Below the pieces are notes generated by a model that was given only the letters and a program-made list of their open reading frames with translations, was not told where the DNA came from and searched no databases. Made by a program: the position numbers and the translations under genes. Shown one piece after another: positions 37,077 through 46,256 of a stretch of 64,000 nucleotides of DNA. Source of the DNA: Cellulomonas sp. (GTDB taxonomy: Bacteria; Actinomycetota; Actinomycetes; Actinomycetales; Cellulomonadaceae); contig NZ_JAGIBD010000019.1 in NCBI RefSeq assembly GCF_017744555.1, positions 2,404 to 66,403 of the forward strand, written 5' to 3'. The first letter of the stretch is position 1; each line of letters opens with the position of its first letter.

Positions 37077-40000
37077 ATGACTGAGACCATCCCGCCCGTG
37101 GACCTGCCCACGACGACCGCCTCGACACCGGTGACGACGCCGGTGACCGCGGTCGTCGTCACCCGAGGCGTCACCCGTTACCTCGGCCCGACGCTCGGGG
37201 CCCTCGCGACCTCGCTGCGGCGCCCGCTGCGCGTGCTGGTCGTCGACGTGGGCGAGCGTCCCGATGCGGGAGTCGCCGTCGCGCTCGACCGTGCGTTCGC
37301 CGCCGTCGGCGGCTCGCCCCGCCCGCTCCTGCGCACGATCGCGGTGCCCGGCGCCCGCACGTTCGGCGGCGCGGTCCGGACGGCGCTGGCGGATCCCGCG
37401 GTCGCCGCGGACGGGCCGCCGACTCCGTGGCTGTGGCTGCTGCACGACGACAGCGCCCCGGCGCCGTCGGCTCTCGGCGAGCTCCTGCGCGTCGTCGGGC
37501 ACGCCCGGTCGGTCGCGGTCGCGGGCGCGAAGCAGCGGACGTGGACCGACCCCGAGCGGCTGCTCGAGGTCGGCGTGCGCACGTCGCCCGCCGGCCGGCG
37601 GATGACGGACGTCGAGCCGGGCGAGCTGGACCAGGGGCAGCACGACGGCCGCGTCGACGTGCTCTCGGTCGGCATGGCCGGGGCGCTGGTCCGCAGGGAC
37701 GTGTGGGACGACCTCGGCGGCCCCGACCCCGTCCTCGGACCGTTCGGCGACGGCGCCGACCTCTCCCGTCGGGCTCGGCTCGCCGGGCACCGCGTGGTCA
37801 TCGTGCCGTCGGCCGTCGTCCGGCACGCCCAGGCCGGCTACCTGGGGCTGCGCAGCCGCCCGGCGGACGGCTCGGCGCCCGACGTCCCGGTGGACCTCGA
37901 CGGCGACGGCATGGACGACCGTGCCGACCCGCGCCGGTCGTTCCGCGAGCGCCGCCGGGCCGCCGTGCACGCCCGCCTGGTGGGTGTTCCGGTCCTGCTG
38001 GTGCCCGTCGTGGCACTGCTCGCGCTCGTGTCCGGCGTGCTCCGGTCGTGCGTGCAGCTCGCCGTCAAGCAGCCCGGGCTGGCCACCGACGAGGTCGTCG
38101 CCCCGCTGCTGGCGCTCCTGCGTCCGCGGGCCGTGGTGCGGGCCCGCGCGCGGGCGCGGCGCACGCGTCGGCTGCCCCGGCGGACGCTGCAGCCGCTGCA
38201 GGCCACCTGGCGCGAGGTGTGGACGCAGGCGCGCGACCGCCGGCTGGCACGTGCCGCCGCCCGGAAGGTCGTGCAGGCGCCGAGCGAGCTCGAGCTGCGC
38301 GAGCTGGCCGCGCTCGCCACCCGCCGCCGGACGACGCTCGGCGTCGTGACCGTGCTGCTCGTGGCGGCGTCGGCGGTGGCGCTCGGGGCGCTCGTGGGCC
38401 CGGTCACGGGTGGCGCCCGCCTCGTCGGCGGCGCACTGCTCCCCGCCGTCGCGGACCTCGGGGACGTCTGGGTCGCGGCGACGTCGGGCTGGGTCGCCGG
38501 CGGGCTGGGCGGTCCGGGACCGGCCGACGCGCTGCTCACGGCGCTCCTCGGGCCGACGGCGCTGGCCGCGGGCTCGCTCGGCGCCGCGGTGGCCGTGCTC
38601 GTGCTGGGTGCGGTCCTCCTGTCGGGGGTCGGCGCGTGGGCCGCCGCCGGTGCCGCGACGCGGTCGACCGTGGTGCGTGCGTGGGCCGCGGTCGTCTGGG
38701 CCGCGGCGCCCGTGCTCCTGCTCGGCGTCACCGGGGGCCGTCTGGGACCCGTCGTCGCGCACGCCGCGCTGCCGTGGGCCGCGCTCGGCGTGGCGCGGGC
38801 CCTCGGCGTGCAGCGCGTCGACCAGGTGCTGTCGGGCCTCGCCACGGCGCGCCGCGTGCACGACGACGAGGGTGTCCCGCTCGACGACGACGCCGTTTCG
38901 CAGGCCGACGTCGCGACGCCCGTGCGCGGCGTCCCGACCGTCCCGACGCAACGCGTCTCCGACGACGTGCCCGTCGCTGCGCGCCCCGACGGCGCGGCAC
39001 CGGTGCTCGTGGGCGCACCGGACCCGACCGGGTCGATCTCGGCGGCCGCGGGTGCGGCCCTCGCCTTCGCGGTCGTGGTCGCCGGTGCGCCGTCGCTGCT
39101 CGTGCCGGGCGTGCTCGCCCTGCTCGTCACGGTGCTGGCGGCCAGGCGGCGCCGCGGGCGGCTGCTGCTCGTGGCGGTGCCGGCGGTCGTGCTGCTCGCA
39201 CCGACGCTCGTCGAGGCGGCGCGGCGCGGTCTCGGCGGGTGGCGCCTGCTGCTCGCGGGGCCGGGGCTGCCGACCGCGTGGACGGGCTCCGACCCGCTCA
39301 GCCGGCTGCTCGGCGTCCCGTCCGACGCCTCCGCCCTGGTCCCCGACGGGGTGACGGGGCTGCTCGCCACGGCCTGGCCGCTCGCGCTCGGCGGGGTCGT
39401 GCTGCTGCTGGCGGTGCTCGCGCTGCTCCGCGGCGCACCGGCGGCGCGTGCCGTGCGTGCCGCGTGGATCGTGGCGCTGCTCGGTCTCGCGACGGCGACG
39501 ATCGCGGTCGCCGTCCCGGTCGGTGTGGCCGACGGGACCGTCGTGCACGGCTGGGCAGGTCCCGGGCTCTCGCTGGCCTGGGCGGGCCTCGTCGCCGCGG
39601 CGCTGCTCGGCGCCGACCGCGTCCGGGACCGTCTGGCACGCCGGTCGTTCGGTTGGCGTCAGCCGCTGGTCGCGCTGCTGACGGCCGTCGCCGTCGTCGT
39701 CCCGCTCGCGAGCCTGGGGGCGTGGGCATGGCAGACGCGCACGGGCGACGACGTCCCGCTGCACACCGTGGCCGGTCCGGTGGTGCCGGCGGTGGGTCAG
39801 CAGGCGCAGGTGTCGCCGCTGCGGTCGCGCATCCTCGCGCTGGCCGTCGGGACCGACGCCGTGTCGTGGCAGCTCATGCGGGGCGACGGGCCGCTCCTGG
39901 TCGACGACGCCGCGGCCGTCTCCACGCGCGCCCTGCGCGGCGACCTCACCGAACCCACCGTGCGGGGTGCGGACGACGCGACCGACGAGGTGCAGCAGCT

Positions 40001-40604
40001 CGTGGCGAGGCTCGCGTCGGGTGCGAGCGGCGACGTCGCGGGACCGCTCGCGTCGCTGGCCGTCGCGGACGTCCTGGTGCCCGCGCTCCCGGCCGGTCAG
40101 GCCGACTCGAGCGAGGCCGCCGCGGCGCGCGACGAGCTCGTCAGCCGGCTCGACGCGACGGCGGGCCTGGAGCGCGTGACGCAGAACGCGGCGGGGACGC
40201 TGTGGCGGGTCCGTGCGACGTCCGCGGACGTGGAGGCCGTGCCGGCGTGGGCCCGGGTCGTGGGCGGCGGCGTGGACGTCACCGACCCGACCGCGACGGC
40301 GCTCGCGCTGCCGTCCGGGGATCGCGCGGTCGACACGACCGTCCCGGCAGGGACGGGCACGCGGCAGGTGGTGCTCGCCGACCGGGCGGACGCGCACTGG
40401 CACGCCTGGCTGGACGGCCGGCCGCTGCGCGCCGTGGACGCCGGCTGGCGGCAGGGTTTCGAGCTGCCCGCGTCGGGGGGCCGGCTGGTCGTGCGTTTCG
40501 ACGCTCCTGACACGCGGCTGTGGCTCGGTGCGCAGGGCCTCGTCGCCCTCGTCACGGTCCTGCTCGCGGTGCCGGTCCGACGCCGTCGGGCGGTGCGCGC
40601 ATGA
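37077..40604 (+). CDS. Large GT2-like domain + multi-TM membrane protein (whiB-linked)
   Basis: WLWLLHDDSAP, GELDQGQHDG, GALVRRDVW; many TM segments; extracellular C-terminal domain; conserved position after whiB. Confidence 0.8.
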   Translation: MTETIPPVDLPTTTASTPVTTPVTAVVVTRGVTRYLGPTLGALATSLRRPLRVLVVDVGERPDAGVAVALDRAFAAVGGSPRPLLRTIAVPGARTFGGAVRTALADPAVAADGPPTPWLWLLHDDSAPAPSALGELLRVVGHARSVAVAGAKQRTWTDPERLLEVGVRTSPAGRRMTDVEPGELDQGQHDGRVDVLSVGMAGALVRRDVWDDLGGPDPVLGPFGDGADLSRRARLAGHRVVIVPSAVVRHAQAGYLGLRSRPADGSAPDVPVDLDGDGMDDRADPRRSFRERRRAAVHARLVGVPVLLVPVVALLALVSGVLRSCVQLAVKQPGLATDEVVAPLLALLRPRAVVRARARARRTRRLPRRTLQPLQATWREVWTQARDRRLARAAARKVVQAPSELELRELAALATRRRTTLGVVTVLLVAASAVALGALVGPVTGGARLVGGALLPAVADLGDVWVAATSGWVAGGLGGPGPADALLTALLGPTALAAGSLGAAVAVLVLGAVLLSGVGAWAAAGAATRSTVVRAWAAVVWAAAPVLLLGVTGGRLGPVVAHAALPWAALGVARALGVQRVDQVLSGLATARRVHDDEGVPLDDDAVSQADVATPVRGVPTVPTQRVSDDVPVAARPDGAAPVLVGAPDPTGSISAAAGAALAFAVVVAGAPSLLVPGVLALLVTVLAARRRRGRLLLVAVPAVVLLAPTLVEAARRGLGGWRLLLAGPGLPTAWTGSDPLSRLLGVPSDASALVPDGVTGLLATAWPLALGGVVLLLAVLALLRGAPAARAVRAAWIVALLGLATATIAVAVPVGVADGTVVHGWAGPGLSLAWAGLVAAALLGADRVRDRLARRSFGWRQPLVALLTAVAVVVPLASLGAWAWQTRTGDDVPLHTVAGPVVPAVGQQAQVSPLRSRILALAVGTDAVSWQLMRGDGPLLVDDAAAVSTRALRGDLTEPTVRGADDATDEVQQLVARLASGASGDVAGPLASLAVADVLVPALPAGQADSSEAAAARDELVSRLDATAGLERVTQNAAGTLWRVRATSADVEAVPAWARVVGGGVDVTDPTATALALPSGDRAVDTTVPAGTGTRQVVLADRADAHWHAWLDGRPLRAVDAGWRQGFELPASGGRLVVRFDAPDTRLWLGAQGLVALVTVLLAVPVRRRRAVRA

Positions 40605-42292
40605 CGAGGACAGGGACGGACCAGATGGACCCGGACGAGGTGCGCAAGGAGGTCGCGCGGACGCCCGGCGTGTGGCGGGGTCGGCTCGCCCGTGCCGCGA
40701 GCGGCATCGCGGTGCTCGGCGCGGTCGCGGGCGTGGTCGCGCTCGGCCAGTGGCCCGTGCAGGGGATCGCAGCGGCACCGACCGTGCCTGCGGACGACGT
40801 CGCCGTGCCGCCGTCGTCGACGACGCTCGTGTGCGCGGGGCCGCTGATCCTGCCCGACGACACCGGTCGCGGGGACGCCGAGTTCGACCCGACCCCCGTG
40901 GACCCGATCACGTCCGTGACCGCGGTGACGTCGGTGCCCGCCGGCAGCGGCGACGCCGTGGCCGCCGGCACCGTGACCACCCTCGACGGCACCCAGGCGG
41001 GCACGCTCGAGGCCGGGGGTGCCGGGGCGACCCTCGCGCAGCCCGGAGGACCGCTGGCCGTGCACGCGCAACCCGGGACGGAGCCCGCTCGCGTCGGCGC
41101 CGTGAGCAGCGGGCTCGTCACCGCGGGGGACCTGCGCGGCCTCGCCGCCGCGTCCTGCGCGCAGCCCGTCGCCGACGCGTGGCTCGTCGGTGGAGCGACC
41201 GACCTGACGAGCACCGCGCAGCTCGTGCTCGACAACGCCGGCTCGACCCCGGCCGAGGTCACGCTCGACCTGTGGGGTCCCTCGGGCCGCGTCGACCTGA
41301 GCGGCGAGCGGTACCTCGTCGCTCCCGGTGCCGAGCGCGTCGTCGCGCTGGGCGGCATCGCGGCCGAGCAGCGCCGGGTCGCGCTGCACGTGAGCGCGAC
41401 GGGCGGCCGGGTCGCGGTGCACGTCCAGGACTCCGCGCTCGACGGGTTCACGCCCGCGGGCACCGACCTGGTCGTGCCCGGCGCCGCACCGTCGCGTCGC
41501 CAGGTGGTCCCCGGCGTCTCGGTCGTCGGGTCCGCCGTCGACGACCCCCACGCGCCCGCACTGCGCCTGCTCGTCCCGGGCGACGTCGGCACCACGGCGC
41601 ACGTGACGCTGCTCGGCCCGGGCGGACCGGAGCAGCTGCCCGGTGCCGAGAGCGTCGAGCTCTCGCCCGGCGAGGTCACCGACGTCCCGCTCGGCGGCCT
41701 GGCCGCCGGGTCCTACACGGTGCTCGTGAGCGCCTCCGAACCGGTCGTCGCCGCCTCGGTCGTCGGCCGTCCTGGGAGCCCCGGCACGCTCGACGACACC
41801 CCCTCGACCGAGCGCGCGTGGGCCGCGTCCGTGACGCCCGGGCAGGGGGGCGTCGCCGTCCTGCCCGCGGGTGCGCGCGGCACGCTCGTGGTGGGTGCCG
41901 TGCCGGACGGGGACGACGACGGCACCGCCGGTACGGGTTCCGGGACCCTGCGGCTGCTCGGGGCCGACGGGTCGCTGCTCTCCGAACGACCGGTGGACGT
42001 CCCGGCAGGCACGACGGGATCGTGGTCCCTCGATGCGATCCTCGCCGGGACCGGCCACGTGGTGCCGGACACGACGGGGGAGGCGGGAGGCGTCCAGGCG
42101 CCGACGACGGGCGCGGTGCGTGCCGTCGACCTCCGCACCTCGTCCGGCGCGACCGTGCGCCTGTCCTGGGCCCTGGTCGCGGAGGTGGACCGCCCGGACG
42201 GCGTGCTGGTGTCGGTGCTCGACCCCGTGCCGGTCCGCTCAGGTGCGCCCAGTGTCGCCGTCCGCGAGGACGCGCGCCTAGGCACCCGCTGA
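40601..42292 (+). CDS. DUF5719 family secreted/membrane-anchored protein
   Basis: N-terminal TM, LVCAGP, RGLAAASC, WLVGGAT...LVLDNAG; ATGA-coupled to upstream gene. Confidence 0.75.
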   Translation: MTRTGTDQMDPDEVRKEVARTPGVWRGRLARAASGIAVLGAVAGVVALGQWPVQGIAAAPTVPADDVAVPPSSTTLVCAGPLILPDDTGRGDAEFDPTPVDPITSVTAVTSVPAGSGDAVAAGTVTTLDGTQAGTLEAGGAGATLAQPGGPLAVHAQPGTEPARVGAVSSGLVTAGDLRGLAAASCAQPVADAWLVGGATDLTSTAQLVLDNAGSTPAEVTLDLWGPSGRVDLSGERYLVAPGAERVVALGGIAAEQRRVALHVSATGGRVAVHVQDSALDGFTPAGTDLVVPGAAPSRRQVVPGVSVVGSAVDDPHAPALRLLVPGDVGTTAHVTLLGPGGPEQLPGAESVELSPGEVTDVPLGGLAAGSYTVLVSASEPVVAASVVGRPGSPGTLDDTPSTERAWAASVTPGQGGVAVLPAGARGTLVVGAVPDGDDDGTAGTGSGTLRLLGADGSLLSERPVDVPAGTTGSWSLDAILAGTGHVVPDTTGEAGGVQAPTTGAVRAVDLRTSSGATVRLSWALVAEVDRPDGVLVSVLDPVPVRSGAPSVAVREDARLGTR

Positions 42293-42320
42293 GCGCGCGC
42301 GCCGCCGTACCCGCCGCGGC

Positions 42321-43178
42321 TCAGCGGGCGGCGCGGAGCTCCGCCCGCTCGCGCAGCCGGAGCCCGAGCGACGTGAGCGTCCGCACCGGCCACTGGTACC
42401 AGTGGGGGTACCGCCGCGCGACGTACCGGGCCGCGCTCGCGTGGTGCGCCGAGATCATCGACGCGGGGCGCGCACGCCAGGACGTCCCGCCCACGTGCGT
42501 GACCCGGGCGGCGGGCACGTAGAGGTTCGTCCAGCCGGCCCGCCCGAGGCGTTCGCCGAGGTCGACGTCCTCGAAGAACATGAAGTAGCCCTCGTCGAAG
42601 CCGCCCACCTGCGCGAACGCCTCCCGGCGCAGCAGCAGGCACGCGCCCGACAACCAGCCCGCGGCACGCCGCTCGCCGGTGTGCTGCTGCGCGGCGCGGT
42701 ACGCGCGGGTCCACGGGTTGCCGGGCCACAGTCGCACGAGCAGCGCATGCCCGGCGCCCTGCGTGAGCGACGGAAGCGCGCGGGCCGACGGGTACACCGT
42801 GCCGTCGACGTTGAGCAGCGCAGGCCCGAGCGCACCGGCCCGGGGTTCGGCGGCGCCCGCCTCCAGGAGGACGTCGAGCGATCCGGGCTCCCACTCGAGG
42901 TCCGCGTTCGCGACGACGACCCACGGTCCCGTCGCATCGTCCGCGCCGCGGTTGGCGCCGCCCCCGTAGCCGAGGTTGGCGCCGGTGACGACGACGCGGG
43001 CGCCGTGCCTCTCGGCGACCTCCCGCGCGACGGTGTGGTCGTCGCCGTTGTCGACGAGCACGAGCTCGACGGGTGCGCTGGTCGCGCTCGCGAGGGTCGC
43101 GGCGAACCGGTCGAGCTCGGGGCCGGGGTGGTAGACGACGCAGACGACGCGGACGGTGGCGGAGGTGGCGGTGCTCAT
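42321..43178 (-). CDS. wbbL: GlcNAc-PP-polyprenol L-rhamnosyltransferase-like GT2
   Basis: NLGYGGGANRG, VANAD, YPSARALPSL..GAGHALL..LWPGNPWT..YR, GWLSGACLLLRR, YFMFFEDVDLG; resembles mycobacterial WbbL1. Confidence 0.75.
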   Translation of the reverse strand: MSTATSATVRVVCVVYHPGPELDRFAATLASATSAPVELVLVDNGDDHTVAREVAERHGARVVVTGANLGYGGGANRGADDATGPWVVVANADLEWEPGSLDVLLEAGAAEPRAGALGPALLNVDGTVYPSARALPSLTQGAGHALLVRLWPGNPWTRAYRAAQQHTGERRAAGWLSGACLLLRREAFAQVGGFDEGYFMFFEDVDLGERLGRAGWTNLYVPAARVTHVGGTSWRARPASMISAHHASAARYVARRYPHWYQWPVRTLTSLGLRLRERAELRAAR

Positions 43179-43190
43179 CGTCCGGACAGG

Positions 43191-43700
43191 TTAGTGGCCC
43201 TCGCCGTACTCCGGGTCCACGTCCTCCGGCGACCGGCCCAGCATGTGCGCGACCTGCTCGACGACGACGTCGCGGACCAGGTCGGCCAGGTCGAGCGGGT
43301 CGGACGCCCGCGACTCCACGGGCCGGCGGTAGACGACGATCCGCGCGGGGAGCCCCGCGTCCGCCGGGAAGTACCGGCCGAGCGGGACGCCGCCGCGCTC
43401 CCATGGCGCGGGGTTCGACGGCGGCACGTCCTCGACCGCGAACTCGGTCCCGTCCAGCTGCTTGGCCCAGCCGCGCTCGAGCCGCTCCACGGCGTCGAGG
43501 ACGAGGTCGTCGAACCGCTCGGCACGGGTGCGGTAGGCGGGCATCGTCGTCGGCATCAGGGGCCCGCGCGGACCGCGTCCACGCCGGTCACGGCGGCGGA
43601 TCGGCTGCACCACGGCACCGCCGCCCGCGCGCGCCGCGGCGGCGCCCATCCGGCGGCCCAGCACGGGCCGACGGGCGTGCGGCGAGGGGTTCGAGGTCAC
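43191..43700 (-). CDS. Zincin-like metallopeptidase family protein (Rv3259-like, degenerate HExxH)
   Basis: RRRDRRGRG.RGPL, RAERFDDLVLD, EFAVEDVP, IVVYRRPVE, VVVEQVAHMLG; TACAGT 6 nt before GTG. Confidence 0.8.
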   Translation of the reverse strand: MTSNPSPHARRPVLGRRMGAAAARAGGGAVVQPIRRRDRRGRGPRGPLMPTTMPAYRTRAERFDDLVLDAVERLERGWAKQLDGTEFAVEDVPPSNPAPWERGGVPLGRYFPADAGLPARIVVYRRPVESRASDPLDLADLVRDVVVEQVAHMLGRSPEDVDPEYGEGH

Positions 43701-43762
43701 GTCAGCACTGTAATCCGGCGTGGCCGACGCGCCGGGTCGGCACCCCGTTGTACGGTCGGCCC

Positions 43763-44137
43763 GTGAGATCCGTCCGGCAGTGCTCGCGCACCGCGTGCGG
43801 CCGTGCCGCCGTCGCCACCCTGACCTACGTCTACGCCGACTCGACGGCGGTGCTCGGACCGCTCGCGCAGCACGCCGAGCCTCACTCGTACGACCTGTGC
43901 GTCCAGCACGCGGAGCGGCTCACCGCCCCGCGCGGCTGGGAGGTCGTGCGGCTCACCCCGGACCTCGGCCCGGCTGCTCCGAGCCGCGACGACCTGCTCG
44001 CGCTCGCCGACGCGGTGCGTGAGGCGGGGCGTGGCCGTGCACCCGAGCCGTCACCGGTCCCCGACGCGGTCGCCCCGGCGCTCGCGGAGGCCCCGCGACG
44101 CGGCCATCTGCGGGTGCTGCGCGGAGAGGGCGGCTGA
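43763..44137 (+). CDS. DUF3499 family protein
   Basis: RQCSRTAC..AVATLTYVYADSTAVLGPLA..AEPHSYDLC..HAERLTAPRGWEVVR; RRGHLRVL tail. Confidence 0.88.
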   Translation: MRSVRQCSRTACGRAAVATLTYVYADSTAVLGPLAQHAEPHSYDLCVQHAERLTAPRGWEVVRLTPDLGPAAPSRDDLLALADAVREAGRGRAPEPSPVPDAVAPALAEAPRRGHLRVLRGEGG

Positions 44138-44141
44138 CGTC

Positions 44142-44417
44142 GTGGCGCGGCGGCGGGGGGACGCCGCGCGGGCTCGTGCCGCGCAGCAGGCGGAGCCGCT
44201 CGGTTCGCTGAGCCAGGCCGCGGGTCCCGTCGTGCCGGGCACCGAGGCGTGCCTGCGGTGCGGCGAGCGCGACCTCACCCGGATCCGGATGACGCTCGTG
44301 GGTGGGCGGCTCGCCGTGTTCGTGTCGTGCCCCTCGTGCGAGCAGACGAACTGGTTCGCGCTCGACGGCGAGGGTGTGCCGCTCGGCCGCGGGGAGATCG
44401 GCGGCGACACCGCGTGA
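44142..44417 (+). CDS. Small putative zinc-ribbon protein
   Basis: CLRC...CPSC pair in 91 aa; fills the gap between DUF3499 and manB in the same orientation. Confidence 0.6.
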   Translation: MARRRGDAARARAAQQAEPLGSLSQAAGPVVPGTEACLRCGERDLTRIRMTLVGGRLAVFVSCPSCEQTNWFALDGEGVPLGRGEIGGDTA

Positions 44418-44484
44418 CGGGTGCGCCGGCTCGACTGCCGGGCGCGGTCGAGGCCGGGGCGGCCGAGCCCACTACGATGCCGGG

Positions 44485-45945
44485 GTGACCTCACCTTCTC
44501 CCGACCGGGTCGACCTGTCCGCCCTCATCAAGGCCTACGACGTCCGAGGCGTCGTGCCGCAGGAGCTGAACCCGGAGGTGGCGCGCGCGATCGGCGCCGC
44601 GTTCGCCGAGGTCGTCGTCCTGCCGGAGGCGCAGGGGCGGCCGCGCGTCGTCGTCGCGCACGACATGCGCCCGTCCGGGCCGGACCTCGTGGCGGCGTTC
44701 GCGGAGGGGCTCACGGGCCGTGGCGTCGACGTGCTCCGCATCGGCCTCGCGTCCACGGACGGGCTGTACTACGCGTCGGGTGCCCTGGACATCCCGGGTG
44801 CCATGTTCACGGCGAGCCACAACCCCGCGCAGTACAACGGCATCAAGCTGTGCCGCGCGGGCGCTAGGCCCGTCGGGCAGGACTCGGGCCTCGCACGCGT
44901 CCGCGACCTCGCGGGGGACTACCTCGCGAGCGGGCTGCCGCAGACCGTGGCGCCCGACGCGCAGGGCACCGTGAGCGACGAGGACATGCTGGCCGACTAC
45001 GCCGGCTTCCTGCGCTCGCTCGTCGACCTGTCGGCGATCCGGCCGCTCAAGGTCGTGGTGGACGCGGGCAACGGCATGGGCGGGTACACCGCGCCCGCGG
45101 TGCTCGGCACCCAGGCGGGTCTGCCGGCCCTGCCGCTCGAGGTCGTGCCGCTGTACTTCGAGCTCGACGGCACGTTCCCGAACCACGAGGCCAACCCGCT
45201 CGAGCCCGAGAACCTGCGCGACCTGCAGGCCGCGGTCGTGGAGCACGGCGCCGACATCGGCCTCGCGTTCGACGGCGACGCCGACCGCTGCTTCGTGATC
45301 GACGAGAACGGCGACCCGGTGTCCCCGTCCGCGATCACCGCCCTGGTCGGCCTCCGCGAGGTGGCGCGCGAGCAGGCGGCGGGCCGCACGCCGACCGTGA
45401 TCCACAACCTCATCACGTCGCAGGTCGTGCCCGACCTGCTCACGGCCGCGGGCGCCCGCACCGTGCGCACGCGCGTGGGCCACTCGTTCATCAAGGCCCA
45501 GATGGCCGAGCACGAGGCCGTGTTCGGCGGCGAGCACAGTGCGCACTACTACTTCCGCGAGTTCTTCTTCGCGGACACCGGGATGCTCGCGGCGCTGCAC
45601 GTGCTCGCCGCGCTCGGCGGCCAGCCGCACCCGCTGTCCGCGCTCGCCGAGCAGTACCAGCCGTACGTCGCGAGCGGGGAGATCAACTCGCGCGTCACGT
45701 CCGTCGAGGAGGCGCGCGCCCGCGTCGTCGAGGCGTACGTGACGCAGCAGGGTGCCGGTCCCGTCACGGTCGACGAGCTCGACGGCCTGACCGTGTCGCA
45801 CTGGGACGGCCAGCCGCAGTGGTGGTTCAACCTGCGGGCGTCCAACACCGAGCCGCTGCTCCGGCTCAACGTCGAGGCGGCCGACGAGGACATCATGGAG
45901 AAGGTGCGCGACGACGTGCTCGCGCTGGTGCGTCAGGAGGCGTGA
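44485..45945 (+). CDS. manB: Phosphomannomutase/phosphoglucomutase
   Basis: KAYDVRG, TASHNP, FDGDADR, GGEHSAHYYF, RASNTEPLLRLNVE; TACGAT 6 nt before GTG. Confidence 0.93.
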   Translation: MTSPSPDRVDLSALIKAYDVRGVVPQELNPEVARAIGAAFAEVVVLPEAQGRPRVVVAHDMRPSGPDLVAAFAEGLTGRGVDVLRIGLASTDGLYYASGALDIPGAMFTASHNPAQYNGIKLCRAGARPVGQDSGLARVRDLAGDYLASGLPQTVAPDAQGTVSDEDMLADYAGFLRSLVDLSAIRPLKVVVDAGNGMGGYTAPAVLGTQAGLPALPLEVVPLYFELDGTFPNHEANPLEPENLRDLQAAVVEHGADIGLAFDGDADRCFVIDENGDPVSPSAITALVGLREVAREQAAGRTPTVIHNLITSQVVPDLLTAAGARTVRTRVGHSFIKAQMAEHEAVFGGEHSAHYYFREFFFADTGMLAALHVLAALGGQPHPLSALAEQYQPYVASGEINSRVTSVEEARARVVEAYVTQQGAGPVTVDELDGLTVSHWDGQPQWWFNLRASNTEPLLRLNVEAADEDIMEKVRDDVLALVRQEA

Positions 45946-46157
45946 TGGAGGACGAGGCCACGGGGGCGCTCCCGCTCGAGCAGTGGGCCCGCGACCTGCT
46001 GCGCTGCCCCGTGACGGGCGCGACGCTGGTCGACGGCGTCGGGCCCGACGGCACCCCGGAGCTCGTCTCGACCGACCCGGACAACCCGCTCGCGTACCCG
46101 GTGCGCGACGGGATCCCGGTGCTGCTCGCCGACGAGGCGCGCAAGGTCACCGCCTGA
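45945..46157 (+). CDS. Trm112-like small protein
   Basis: LLRCPV...LAYPVRDGIPVLLADEAR; TGATG coupling to manB. Confidence 0.82.
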   Translation: MEDEATGALPLEQWARDLLRCPVTGATLVDGVGPDGTPELVSTDPDNPLAYPVRDGIPVLLADEARKVTA

Positions 46158-46256
46158 CGCTCCCGTCCGGGCGATTCGTCCCGCCCAGGCCCGCCGTCGC
46201 CTAGGCTGCGGCTGCCCGGTGGTGCCGGGCGCGCCTCACGGACGGGGGACCTGCGG

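Noticed and set aside
36663-40778. 1371-aa minus-strand ORF
   Set aside because: Antisense shadow of whiB and the large GT2 membrane gene
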